From an uncultured delta proteobacterium (lineage in GTDB: Bacteria > Desulfobacterota > Binatia > UBA9968): 64,000 bases of DNA. Numbering within the stretch: position 1 is the first letter of the stretch; every line of letters starts with the position of its first letter. The stretch covers positions 131,646 through 195,645 of the forward strand of contig CAVUVW010000025.1 of assembly GCA_963745035.1 (NCBI GenBank), written 5' to 3'. The translations under genes and the position numbers were made by a program. Under the pieces are notes generated by a model, which was given only the letters and a program-made list of their open reading frames with translations, was not told the origin of the DNA and searched no databases. Shown piece after piece: positions 9,982 through 20,790 of this stretch.

Positions 9982-10657
9982 TCATTTCTCGTTCCAGCGG
10001 AGGCCGTCCTGTTGCACGAACGACAGCGACGAAATATGCCGCGTGCGATTGAATTTTTCGCTGCCGTTGCCGCCGGGCTTTTCTTCGAAGTGGGTGACCT
10101 CCAACACGTACCGCCCCGCCCATGGGGTCGGCAGCGTCACCTGACCCTTGGCATCGGTGGTCAACGGTTTCTGCCATTTGGCGGGTCCGACGATGGTCAC
10201 TTCGGCTTTTGACAGCGGCGCGCCGAGAAAGAAAAGCGTCATCGTATTGCCGTTGGCAGCGGTGGGTACCAACTCCAAGTCGAGCTTCGCTGCGGTCTCG
10301 CGTTCGGCCCGCTTTGGCGTAATAGATGGTTTTCGTTGCGCCGCCTTTCTCTTTGTCCTCGCGCGCCGGCATGCTGCTCTCGACCAGGCGCACATCGCCG
10401 CTCCCTTTGAGTTGAATCTCCAGATGATTTTCGTTCCTTTTGATCGGCAGCGGCTCGCCGCCGGCGAGGAAGACGCGCGGTGCTTTGATGCGATCGAGCA
10501 TTCCCCCGCTTTTTTCGCGGATGTCATCGATCCACTCTCCGAGGTACGCGCGCGCCGGTCCGTCGCCGTCGCGCTCGAGCCAGACGTAGTGAGCGCGCGC
10601 CTGAGTACTCATCAAAGAGGCGGCAAACAAAATGAGCAGCGTAAACCACTTCGCCAT
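9982..10657 (-). CDS. Periplasmic DUF4198-like protein; frameshift near 10300
   Basis: Signal peptide then AH(Y)VWLE; C-terminal TDAKGQVTL..PWAGRYVLEV in second frame. Confidence 0.7.
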
Positions 10658-10676
10658 GAGCGTTCCTCCTGCGAAT

Positions 10677-12484
10677 TTAGGCCGTCAAGGCAGCGCGCTC
10701 TTGCTGCTGCAGTGTTGCGGCCACGCCGTCGAACCAATGCTTGGACGGCACGTCGTATTCAGCGTCGCAATCAACCCGCGGGTAAAGTCGAATGCCGCCG
10801 TGCCGTTCCAACGCCGCGTCGAGATCTCGGCCGCACTTGCAGAACTGATCGTAAGTCGTGTTGCCGAGCGCGAGCACGGAAAACTTGACGCCACGCAGAT
10901 CGAGACCATTGCCGCGCACCACTGCTTCCCAAAAGGGCGCGGCATCATCGGGCGGCTCGCCGTCGCCATAAGTGCTCATGATGAACAGCACGCAGCTTGC
11001 TTGGCTCAGGACATCGGGCTGACAATGCGCCATGTCGCGCACACGCGCGACTATGCCTTGGCCGCGCAGTTTTGCGGCGAGCCGGTTTGCCAACCGCTCG
11101 GCGTTGCCGGTCACCGTGCCGTAGAGAATCAGCGGCGCATCGTCGTTGAACGGCGCGCTCCAGTCAGTGCGAGCCTCTTCGTGTCCGTTCTGGGCATGTC
11201 CGTTGGTGAAGCTGGTTGCTTGTTCCATGGCGGCGGTCGTGAGCTCCTTTGCTGTCTCAGAAATTTGCGGCACGGCTGATGAAGGAATGGACTGAATTTC
11301 GACAGGTGCGGTTTCGTAAGGAACGGTGGGCGCATCTTCGGCATCGCGTTTTCGGTAGCGGAAGCGCCGCCATGCCATCGCCACGCCGGTCCATACCAGG
11401 AAGCAGCCACCGAGCGACGCTAGACCGGCGACGGTCTGACCGATAAACCCGAGCGCTTCACCGGTGTGAAGGCCGCGCACCCAGACGCGGAGTTTGCGGC
11501 CGGTGCTGGCGGCGGCGTAGGGTTCCCACTTCACGATTTCGGCACTGGCTTGATTCAGCGTGAGCTGCGAGCGCGCGAAGATGTGCGGCGCGCTCGGTTC
11601 CTGGATCAAGACATTGATTGGCCCGTCGCCGCCTGGCGGCAGGCGCAGCATCATCATGACCCAACCCGGAGCTTGCTGCTCGGCGCGGGCGAGAAAGGCA
11701 TCGAAGCTTGCCAGCGGTTTGCGCTCGCGCGCCTCGCCTTCGCCGCGCCGCTGCTGCGCTTGAGCCATAGGACCACTCGCCGCTCTGCGGCGGCGGCTCG
11801 CTGCCGGTCAACGTATAAAGGAGATCGTTGGCCCACGGATAAGACATGACCGCAGCGGTGAGGGTCAGCACCACCAGCACGCCGGATGACCAGAAACCGA
11901 TAACGTTGTGCCAATTCCAATCGCGTGCTTTGCCGCGCAGGCGAGGATTGAAAAGGAGGCTGGATTTCAATCCTCGCCAGTGCCAACTGCGCGGCCACCA
12001 GAGATAAACTCCGGTGATGGCAAGCCAAAAGAAAGCAAGATTGCAGGCACCGGTGATGGCGCGCCCGGTGGCGCGCCCTTCGCCTTCCATGCCGAGCCAG
12101 CGGTGCCAATCGATCACGTCGTGAAACCAGTCGTGCAGCTTAGAGCCCTTGCCCAGGACTGCGCCGCTATAGGGGTTGACGTAGATCGCACCCTCGCGGC
12201 CGAAGCCGACGGCGACGGCGGCTGTCGGCTCGTTGCGCAGGACTACGCCCGTGGGGCGGGCATTCGGGATTTTGCGCGCGGGCGGCGGCTACGATTTGAT
12301 CCAGGCTCAGCTTCGCCGCGCCGGCCGGCGGCACCACTTCACGCACGTCACGCTCGGCGTACTCGACCATTTGGTGCTCGTACATGAGAATCACGCCGGT
12401 GGCCGACATGAGGAAAATCACCGCCCCGGCGACCACGCCAGCGATCAGATGAGACCAGAAAAGGATTTTATGCAGCAGCTTCAT
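10677..12484 (-). CDS. PepSY-associated TM-helix protein fused to a flavodoxin domain; about 2 frameshifts
   Basis: FWSHLIAG, WHRWLG, WNWHNVIGFW, GLHTGE PepSY-TM motifs; then ILYGTVTGNA..STYGDGEPPDD..LGNTTYDQFC flavodoxin. Confidence 0.82.
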
Positions 12485-12497
12485 GCCTCTCCCGGAG

Positions 12498-13028
12498 CTA
12501 GTCGGCCTTGCCCGCCTGCAAAACCCCCAGCTCGCTACGCAGCCAGTCGCGCAAAATTTCCTTCTCGTAGCGCAACGGGTCCTCACGCGGATAGTCGACG
12601 CGCAGTTGATAGTCGAGATCCGTCAGTTGGCGTTGACCTTCCTTGATGATTTGGTCGCCGGCATCGACGACGCGGAACTCGAATGCGATGCGCGGCGGAT
12701 AAATGCTCTTGTTCACGCGCACGTGCTCGAACTGGGGGCCGCGGAAGAGCTCGAAATCACCAGCCAGATCGATATCGGTGATCTTGATCTCGAGGCGCAT
12801 GGGCTCGGGCAGATACCGCGTACCGGTAGCCGCAATGAAGCGTTGCAGTTGCAGCAGGATCGCGGGCGAGCTCCTCTCGGTCTTCGCGTAACCGGCATCA
12901 GTGAACCCGTCCGGCTTGACGAAGACGACCGAAACTCGGGCGGGAGTCTCCGGCTCCGACGCTACGGCCGGCGCGCCTGCCGCCACAATCATCGCCGTCA
13001 AAAACCAACTGAGCAAAATGGTTCTCAT
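12498..13028 (-). CDS. DUF3016-like periplasmic protein
   Basis: Signal peptide; ITDIDLAG, YPPRI, LRYEK..LRDW motifs. Confidence 0.7.
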   Translation of the reverse strand: MRTILLSWFLTAMIVAAGAPAVASEPETPARVSVVFVKPDGFTDAGYAKTERSSPAILLQLQRFIAATGTRYLPEPMRLEIKITDIDLAGDFELFRGPQFEHVRVNKSIYPPRIAFEFRVVDAGDQIIKEGQRQLTDLDYQLRVDYPREDPLRYEKEILRDWLRSELGVLQAGKAD

Positions 13029-13032
13029 ACTC

Positions 13033-13713
13033 TCAAACCTCCGCGAAGCGCCGCAGCAAATTGTGATAGCAGTTGGTCAGCTCGACGACAGCGCCGTGAT
13101 TGGGTACCGCTTGATTCACCTTGTTGATGGCCATGTCGAGATCGAAGAGCAGGGTACGATTGCCGTCGTCGCGCACCATGCTTTGTACCCAGAAAAAGGA
13201 CGCGAGCCGGATGCCGCGCGTCACGGGCTTGACGTGGTGCAGGCTGCTCGCCGGATAGACCACCATGTCGCCGGCGGGAAGCTTGACCGCGTGCGCGCCG
13301 TACACATCGTCGATCACCAACTCGCCGCCGTCGTAGTCTTCCGGTGCGCTCAAAAACAGCGTTGCGGAGATATCCGTGCGCACGCGCAGCGGCGTGCCGG
13401 GAATTTGCCGGATCGAGTTGTCCAGATGAGCGCCGAACGATTCGCCGCCTTCGTAGCGATTGAAAAGCGGCGGGAACACCCGCAGCGGCAAGGTCGCCGT
13501 AATGAACAGCGGGTTGCGCTCCAGGGCTCCCACAATCATGTCGCCCAACTCGCGCGCTTCCGTACTGTTCTCCGGAAGCTGGCGGTTGTCTTTGACCTGA
13601 GACGATTGATGCCCCGCCGTCACCCGGCCGTCGACCCAGCTCGCGCGGTTCATCACTTCGCGGCAGCGCGCGACCTGCTCGGAGTTGAGGACATGGGGTA
13701 CTTGGACGATCAT
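13033..13713 (-). CDS. piuC: PKHD-type Fe(II)/2-oxoglutarate dioxygenase (PiuC/YbiX)
   Basis: [40 protein letters not shown]. Confidence 0.88.
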   Translation of the reverse strand: MIVQVPHVLNSEQVARCREVMNRASWVDGRVTAGHQSSQVKDNRQLPENSTEARELGDMIVGALERNPLFITATLPLRVFPPLFNRYEGGESFGAHLDNSIRQIPGTPLRVRTDISATLFLSAPEDYDGGELVIDDVYGAHAVKLPAGDMVVYPASSLHHVKPVTRGIRLASFFWVQSMVRDDGNRTLLFDLDMAINKVNQAVPNHGAVVELTNCYHNLLRRFAEV

Positions 13714-13729
13714 CTTTCCTAGAAGCTCC

Positions 13730-15902
13730 CTAAAACCTGAAACTCGCGGTGCCGATGAACGTGCGTCCGGCGGCAGGAAGTACGTGAGCCGGATGTGTGT
13801 TCTCGTAATGATGGTCATTGGTGAAGTTGAGTGCGTTGAGACGCAACTGGATTTTCGGTGTTATGTTGTACGCGATAGTCGAGTCCCATCTGACATAGCC
13901 AGGCGCGCGGTTCGTGTTATCGGCGTTCGCATATCGACTGCCAACGTAAGTCGGACCGCCGCCAATCTGAAACTTCTCGAGGAAGTCATAGGTGGTCCAG
14001 AAAGTCGCACTATGCTGCGGCACGTTTGCGAGTTCTTTGCCGACGTTGGATGGAGTCGTCGATTTGACCTGTTCGGTGTCCAGGTAAGTGTAGCTGGCGA
14101 AAACATTTAATCCGGTAAAAACCCGGCCGGCGACGCTCAGTTCGAAGCCTTGGGAGCGCTGTTTGCCGTCCGTAACGTTCGGCAAGGTGGGATCGATGGG
14201 ATTCGGCACGCGGGCGTTATCCTTGTTGATCCGGAATACCGCTGCTTGAACGTTGAGCGCTCCCTGAAAGAACTGCAACTTCGTACCGAATTCGAACATT
14301 TCATTTTCTTCGGGCGGAACGCCGTCAGTCGTATTTGTGACAGTGAGAGCCTCCGCCGACGGATTAAACGAAGTGGCATAGGAAAAATAGATGCTCTGAT
14401 TAGCCCATGGGTGGAAGATCAAGCCGCCGCGATAGCTGAACTCCTTGTCGATCTGGCTGCGGTCCGCGTTGGTCGCTAGTTTATCGTCTACGTCCGCGCC
14501 GAAATAATCCCAGCGCACGCCGCCGACGACTTCAAAGTATTCGTTGAGCTTGATCTGATCGGCGGCATAAATGCCGAAGCCGGTCGCCGTGACATCCGAA
14601 TTGAAGTTAGGCGCCGTGGCCGGTAGCAGCGGCGCATTGTTGTCCGGGTCGAGTATCGGAGTCGGCCCAGCCGCGTTCTTGTTCCAGCGCTTCGCGTCGT
14701 TTGTTTCGTGGGAAACTTCAATGCCGCTATTGAGAGTATGTTTGAAGCTCCACGTATCGAATTTGGCGATGAGGTCGGTCTGGTTGGTCAAAATAGTTTC
14801 CTGCGTCTCTCGATTTGGTCGGTTACGATTGACGTTTACTCCCACAAGGGAAGGGGGAACAGGCGTTCCCGCGATGCGCGGTGGGGTGACACCGGCATCG
14901 CGATTGACGAGCGTAAACCGCATATTATTGCGCAAACTCAATTGATCATTGAAACGATGATCGAATCTCACATTACCGACATTGGTAAAGGTGCGCTCAT
15001 GATCGACCTTGGGAAAGCCAAAGAAAGTGTCCCGGTCGATTTTCGGCGGCTCGCCAAAAATGTAAGGATGTCCGTAGTCGGGAACATTGTCCTCGTATTG
15101 GCCGAGATAGCTGATGATGACCTGAGTGGGTCTACCCAAACCGAAAGCGAACGAAGGGGCAAATCCAAACCGCATGCCTTCAATGTCGTCGCGCTCCACT
15201 ACATCCAGTCTTTGAGCCATGCCGTTGAGACGGAAGGCCATGGAATCGCCCACCGGCTGGTTGACATCGATGGTCCCTCGGACATAAAGACCGCTCCCCA
15301 TCCCGAAGGTGCCGCTATAGGCAGGGTCGAGAAGCGGCGTTTTGCTCACTTGGTTGATGATGCCGCCGGTGGAGCCGCGCCCGAAATAGAAGGATGAGGG
15401 GCCCTTCAGAACTTCCACCGCTTCGAGATTAAACACGTCGCGAATGTAGGAACCCTGATCATGCACGCCGTCAAGATACATGTCGTTGCGGGTGCTGAAA
15501 CCGCGCAAGGTAAAACTGTCACCTTGCGCGCCGCCACCTTCGCCCGGCTGCAATGCCGATGCCCGACACGTTTCGAAGAGCGTCCTTGAGACTCCAGCCG
15601 GCCTGTTCTTCGATCAGCTTGCGCGGAACGATGGTGATCGATTGCGGCACGTCTTGGAGCGGCACTGGTATACGCGACAGCGAAGATGTCGGCGGCACAT
15701 ACGGGTTGGTCTGGTCTTGCACCACCACCTGCGGCAAAGTGAACGTTTCTTCTTTCTTCGGCTCCGCGGCAATCGCGTTGCTCGCCAACGCGAAACTGAA
15801 AGCCACCGCTCGCCCGACTCCTTCCCCAGCCGCAAGGCTGATTTTGCGGAGCGCCTTCTCGCACTGTCTTCTATCGTTGGCGCGTTTTTCTTGTCGACTC
15901 AT
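13730..15902 (-). CDS. TonB-dependent siderophore receptor (Fiu/PiuA-like); frameshift near 15552
   Basis: [10 protein letters not shown] plug, EVLKGPSS, beta-barrel ending in Phe; upstream of piuC. Confidence 0.88.
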
Positions 15903-15972
15903 GATTCCTCCAGGTTGTGTTTTTCGCTGGCTGGCATGAGTCGTCTCATATGCTGGCTGGCTGGTTAATACT

Positions 15973-16164
15973 TCACTTTGTCAAAATCAGCTTGCCGTTT
16001 TTGGTGATGCGCAAGTTGTATTCTTCGTCATGATGCACGATTACGATTTCGCTGTTGCCCTGAAAAAGCCGCTGGCTCTCGATGCGCGGCTTTCTTCCGG
16101 CCGCGGTCGAGGTCGCCGCACCGGCAGGCGCCTCCGACGCGAAATTCATTCGGCTTTCTGCCAT
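15973..16164 (-). CDS. hemP: Hemin uptake protein HemP-like
   Basis: IESQRLFQG..EIVIVH..EEYNLRITKNGKLILTK. Confidence 0.85.
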   Translation of the reverse strand: MAESRMNFASEAPAGAATSTAAGRKPRIESQRLFQGNSEIVIVHHDEEYNLRITKNGKLILTK

Positions 16165-16172
16165 CGAATTCC

Positions 16173-16999
16173 TCAATGCAGCTCGAATTTCACCGGTAGC
16201 ATGACCCAGACCGATACCGGATCTTTGCCGCGCTTCGCCGGCTCGAACAGCCATTTCTTGACCGCTTCCGTCGCCGCCAGATCGAGATCGCGAAAGCCGG
16301 CCGACTGTTCGACAAGCACCTCGCCGACCCTGCCGTTTTCCAGCACGCGCACGCGCAGTGTCGTCACGCCTTGAGCGCCCGCTCTTCTCGCGGACTCCGG
16401 ATAGCGCGGCTTCACCTGGTAGCCGCCAAGGGGTCGAGCCAACCCTGAAAGCGCCTCTCCCGAACCCGAACCGCCGCCGGTGCCGTCGCCCTTGGCGCCC
16501 CGTCCCAAACCTGCCTTGCCTTTTCCGCCCCCGCCGCCGGCCACTCCGACATCGCCCCGGTCAAAGAGATTGCCGGCGCCGGCCGCGCTGCCTTCGGCCT
16601 CGGCCGCTTTGGAGCCGGTATTCAAGCCGGCCATGGCAGTGCCGAGCGTTTTCCAGCAGCGACGCAAGCGGCTGGGGCTCTTCGACCGGCTTCTCTTTGA
16701 TCTCTTCCTTCGTATTGCCGGTCGGCGGCAGCGGAGCTGGTTTCGAAAACCGGCTTCGATAACAACTTTGGCGCCGTGATGTTTTGCGGCTTGGGTTTTG
16801 GTTTCGGCGCCGGCGGTGGAGGGGGCGGCGCGACTTCAATTTTCTTTGGTTGCTCGACCCGCGGTACGTCGATCAACTCGATGGGCACGGTGACCGGCTT
16901 GATCGGTTTGGCGTGAATGATCAGCGCGGCGATGGGAATCAGCCCCAAATGAATCAACGACGACGCTGTGAAGGATGGAATCAGCCAGCGCTCGTTCAT
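16173..16999 (-). CDS. tonB: TonB energy transducer; frameshifted
   Basis: SSLIH TM motif, Pro/Lys-rich linker, PRYPESARR..QG...LD.AA.EAVKKW.FEPA. Confidence 0.85.
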
Positions 17000-17409
17000 T
17001 TTTTCTGCTCCTTGGGTTTCACCGCGATCGCCATCTTGGCGACGTTGGCGGCGCGCGCGATATCCATGACCTCGACCACTTGACCATGCGCCACGCCGTC
17101 GTCGGCGTTGATAACGACCAGCATGTCGGCATTCTTCGCGAGCTGCTGTTTCAAGGCATCGCTGAGCGCAGCCCTGTCGATAGCCTGCTGGTTGAGAAAC
17201 AGCCGCCCGTCCTTGTCGATCGTGATTGCCGCGCTTTCAGCAGGCGCTTGCTGACCCGAGGCGGCCTTGGGCAGATTGACCGGCATGCCCTTGAACTGAG
17301 TCATCGACAGGGTCGAGATCATGAAAAAGACCAGCAGAAAGAAGATCGTGTCGATCATCGGAATGATCTCGATGCGCGCTTTCTTGATGCTGCGGCGTTG
17401 CAGGCGCAT
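16996..17409 (-). CDS. exbD: Biopolymer transport protein ExbD
   Basis: IIPMIDTIFFLLVFFMI; VINAD...VVEVMD. Confidence 0.9.
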   Translation of the reverse strand: MRLQRRSIKKARIEIIPMIDTIFFLLVFFMISTLSMTQFKGMPVNLPKAASGQQAPAESAAITIDKDGRLFLNQQAIDRAALSDALKQQLAKNADMLVVINADDGVAHGQVVEVMDIARAANVAKMAIAVKPKEQKK

Positions 17410-18018
17410 CAGTGTTTCCCCGCGTGCTCGTGTAACAGCAGCTCGAGGGACGAGCTGTAGTGCTCCATGGCGTCCATTTCTTTCTCCACTCGGACGCTGA
17501 AGTAGTTGTAAGGAATCAGAGTCAAGATCGCGATCAGAAGGCCTGTAGCCGTGGCGATAAGCGCCTCGGCAACGCCGCCGGTGACGGCGTGCGGCTGCCC
17601 CATGCCGGCCTCCGACATGATATCGAAAGAACCGATCATGCCGACGACGGTGCCGAGCAGGCCGAGCAGCGGCGCCAAGGTGACGATCGTGTCCAACGTG
17701 CCGAGCCGGCTCTTGAGCGCGGGGACCTGTGCCTGCGCGGCGGCTTCCATGGCCTTGGCGGGCGCGGGGTTGCGATGCGCCAGTCCGGCGACAAGCACGC
17801 GCGCGATCGGATGCGGCGACTCCTTGCCGAGCTTCATGGCTTTGTCAAATTCACCGGCCTCGACCAGGCCGAGCATGCTTTGCAACGGTCCGTTGCGATT
17901 TGATTCTGGCCCAGAAGAACAGGCGCTCGATGGTGAGCGCGAGTGAGATGAGCGAGCAGGCGAGCAGCGGAATCATTACGATGCCGCCTTTGACGATGAT
18001 GGAAACGACTTCGGACAT
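17409..18018 (-). CDS. exbB: ExbB/MotA proton channel; frameshift near 17885
   Basis: GGIVMIPL..CS; APLLGLLGTVVGMI; GVAEALIATATGL. Confidence 0.88.
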
Positions 18019-18020
18019 TG

Positions 18021-18233
18021 CTATTGGACCAGACCTTTCTTGAGAGCGGGATGATGATCGATTAGCGCGCGCTCGGCGCCCTCCGCCACGCTCTGCATGG
18101 CGATGCCGAGATCGCGGAGATCCTCGCGCGAGATATGCAGAATGACGTTGCCGTAATGAAAGTGAGCGGTATCCTCGCTGCAGTTGCAAAGCGAAACCGA
18201 CCATCTGCCTTCGGGTGATTTGATTCCATGCAT
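18021..18233 (-). CDS. Small Cys/His-containing hypothetical protein
   Basis: GGAGG RBS; CNC...HFH...H...HH; first gene of the tonB operon. Confidence 0.65.
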   Translation of the reverse strand: MHGIKSPEGRWSVSLCNCSEDTAHFHYGNVILHISREDLRDLGIAMQSVAEGAERALIDHHPALKKGLVQ

Positions 18234-18245
18234 GGTGACCTCCGC

Positions 18246-18299
18246 AAAATAAAAAAGCCCGGAACACCCGCTGAAAATGTTTCAGCGAAACCCCGGGCT
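18246..18299 (-). terminator. Leader intrinsic terminator (attenuator candidate)
   Basis: AGCCCGG..CGCTGAAA-CAT-TTTCAGCG..CCGGGCTTTTTTATTTT immediately before the RBS. Confidence 0.65.
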
Positions 18300-18329
18300 C
18301 TGGATTCTCGATCGCTGGCCGCTACGTGG

Positions 18330-18360
18330 TTCGTTTATCGAAATATAAATTATTTGTCAA
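18330..18360 (-). promoter_or_regulatory. Promoter motif TTGACAAA-N15-TAAACGAA
   Basis: Same spacing as copies at 20584 and 23668. Confidence 0.7.
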
Positions 18361-18376
18361 GCCTAATGAATAATTA

Positions 18377-18390
18377 TTAGCTACAGCTAA
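18377..18390. promoter_or_regulatory. DtxR/MntR-like palindrome
   Basis: TTAGC-TACA-GCTAA. Confidence 0.5.
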
Positions 18391-18608
18391 ATCTAATCTA
18401 TAAGTTGTTGATCAATATTAGTTATCTATATTTCTCTGCATCACTGGGGCGGAGCGGAATCACCACGCGTGCGCTTGCAGCGGCGGCATTTGATCTCGAC
18501 CCCGTCCGGCACCACGCGCGCCAGCAGGCTGCCGCAATGGCAGCGCAGCGCATCATTTTCGCGCATCGCCGTCTCTCGACTGCCGCTCGCCTTGTCTCGC
18601 GCGCGCAT

Positions 18609-20579
18609 CTACGCCACCGCCTTCCGGCGTTCGAGCGCCATCCATAGCGAGCTGGCGATAAACACGCAGAGCAACAGCGCCTGCGCCGCCAGGGTCTCCA
18701 TCGTCGGATAGATGCCGAGCACCGGCACGGCAGGTGGAAAATCGAGCGGCGTCGCCGGAACCCAGCCGGCCGCCTGCAACTGATTGATGCCGGTGCCGGC
18801 GAAGATAAAAGCCATGATGTAGAGCAGAGTACCGGTGCCGGCGAAGAAGTATTTGAGCGGCATGCGCAGGCCGAGTTTGAAGATCGCAAAGGTCGCCGCG
18901 AGCATGGCAATGAGACCCGCGGCGAAGCCGAAGAGGATGGCATTGTGGCTGTTCTGGTTTTGCAGCCAGAGCGCCTGATAGAAAAGCACCACCTCGAAGG
19001 CTTCGCGATACACGGCGAAGAAAGAGATGCCGACCAAGCCAAGAATGCTCTTGCTCGAAAGCACGTTTTGGACTTTGTCCTGGATGAACGCCTGCCAGCG
19101 CCTGGCTTCGCTGCGCGTGTGCAGCCAGTAGCCGACGTAGAAGAGCGCCGCCGCGGCGAAGATCGAGATGAAGCCCTCCATGCTTTCGCGATGCTGGCCG
19201 CTGAACGTGAGCACCGTCTGGGCGGCGAGCCAGGTGACGACCCCGGCCAAGAGCGCGAGGATCCAGCCGAAGTGGATGTAGCGAACGGCGTGCGTCGCGC
19301 CCATGACTCGAAGCATGGCGATGATGGCGGCGAGAATCAGCGCCGCCTCGAGACCTTCGCGCAAAATGATCAGCGCCGAATTGAGAAACGCATAGTAGCC
19401 GGCGAAATCACTGGTCTCGCCCAGCATCTGCGCCGCCCGGTCTAGTCCGGTCTCGATCTCCAGGCGCTGCTTGTGAATCTCGTCCTTCGAAACTCCCTGG
19501 CGGATCGAATTGCGAAACTGCGTGAACTGGGCTTCGAGAGATCGTCCCAGAGATGCGTCCTTGGCGAAGAGCGCCGGCTCGGCCATTTCGAAGCCGTCGA
19601 GGTAGGCCTCTATCGCTTTCTGATAGGCTTTCTCTTTGTCGCCTTGGCTGTAGATCGTCGCGGCTTCGCCGAGCAGGGTACGGGCGATCAGCAGCGGATC
19701 GGTGGATTTCTTCTCCAAAAGGCCGCGCCTGAGATAGGCGAGCATTTCATTTACCGGCGCACCCGGGAGACTTTTCTTGATTTTCTCGGTGAGCTCATCA
19801 TCGGACGAGGTCGCCAAGGTCGCAATGCTCGTAAGATCGGCCGGCGGGGTTTTGCCCTTCAGCCATGCCTCCCCCGTATTGGCCGCATCGGCGGGAAATC
19901 GCAGCGCCATCACGTAGAAGGCGACTTGCCAGCGCTGGTCGTCCGGCAGCGCCGCGAAAGACGCCATCGCCGTGTTGTCGATGCCGAACGTGGTGGTGTT
20001 ATAGACTTTGAAAGGCGAGAGCCCCGCCATGAAATCCGCGTCGGTGAAATTGGCCGGCGGCGGGGTCTTTGGATTCATCGACTCGCGGCCGGGACCGTCG
20101 CCTTTGCCGCTGTCGCCGTGGCACTGCGCGCAATTCTGCATGTAAACTGGTTTCGCGCCCGCGAAGTTGGGCAGCGCATTGGGGTAAGTCGCGATGGAGT
20201 AGGTCTTGATCAAGCGCTCTTTGATCTGCTGCGCCAACTGCGGCACCGCGTCGTCGCCGGTCTTGTTTTTTATGTGCGCGGCGAGCGCGTGTAGATCTTT
20301 TTCGATGCCCGCCTTGTCGCCTTCGGCGGATTTGAGCTGCTTGAACAGCTCCAGGCTGCGCGCGGAAAACTCGGTCATCTCCGTATACTCGTCCGCGTTG
20401 ACGACTTTGCCGTCTTGCACGGCGTTCCGATAATCGCCGCCGATATAGTCGATCAAAGCGACGACCCTTTTCGCCTCGTCGGCCGCCCACAAAGCGGGGC
20501 TGTGCGCCAAGAGCATCAGCAAGGCGCCGAGGAGCGCTTTCCTGCTGCGGGAACAAATAGTTGGCACCATGGAAGTCAC
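18609..20579 (-). CDS. Cytochrome c-FTR1 iron permease fusion
   Basis: CAQCH heme motif; REGLE and REAFE FTR1 motifs. Confidence 0.9.
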   Translation of the reverse strand: MTSMVPTICSRSRKALLGALLMLLAHSPALWAADEAKRVVALIDYIGGDYRNAVQDGKVVNADEYTEMTEFSARSLELFKQLKSAEGDKAGIEKDLHALAAHIKNKTGDDAVPQLAQQIKERLIKTYSIATYPNALPNFAGAKPVYMQNCAQCHGDSGKGDGPGRESMNPKTPPPANFTDADFMAGLSPFKVYNTTTFGIDNTAMASFAALPDDQRWQVAFYVMALRFPADAANTGEAWLKGKTPPADLTSIATLATSSDDELTEKIKKSLPGAPVNEMLAYLRRGLLEKKSTDPLLIARTLLGEAATIYSQGDKEKAYQKAIEAYLDGFEMAEPALFAKDASLGRSLEAQFTQFRNSIRQGVSKDEIHKQRLEIETGLDRAAQMLGETSDFAGYYAFLNSALIILREGLEAALILAAIIAMLRVMGATHAVRYIHFGWILALLAGVVTWLAAQTVLTFSGQHRESMEGFISIFAAAALFYVGYWLHTRSEARRWQAFIQDKVQNVLSSKSILGLVGISFFAVYREAFEVVLFYQALWLQNQNSHNAILFGFAAGLIAMLAATFAIFKLGLRMPLKYFFAGTGTLLYIMAFIFAGTGINQLQAAGWVPATPLDFPPAVPVLGIYPTMETLAAQALLLCVFIASSLWMALERRKAVA

Positions 20580-20583
20580 GGCA

Positions 20584-20614
20584 TTCGTATATGCAAATGA
20601 AAAAAGTTTGTCAA
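20584..20614 (-). promoter_or_regulatory. Promoter motif TTGACAAA-N15-TATACGAA
   Basis: Predicted +1 falls at about the GTG at 20579. Confidence 0.7.
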
Positions 20615-20790
20615 ATCATCCGACGCTTCACAACCGGCACTCTTTTTGGCGCTTAGCTTCGGCTATCGGGATGCTCGTAAATCCAAGCAAAATAACTGCG
20701 AGGCGGGCTTTAGAAAATTTTCAGAAGTAACCCGGACGCTTCCGCGGGTTGAGGGATCATGCTGCTCACCGCAAAGAACTGGAACGGGGG

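Noticed and set aside
18234-18430. Cobalamin or Mn riboswitch, or a firm Fur box
   Set aside because: No B12-box or yybP core motifs; the AT-rich taatgaataattatta is Fur-like but off-register from the 19-bp consensus.
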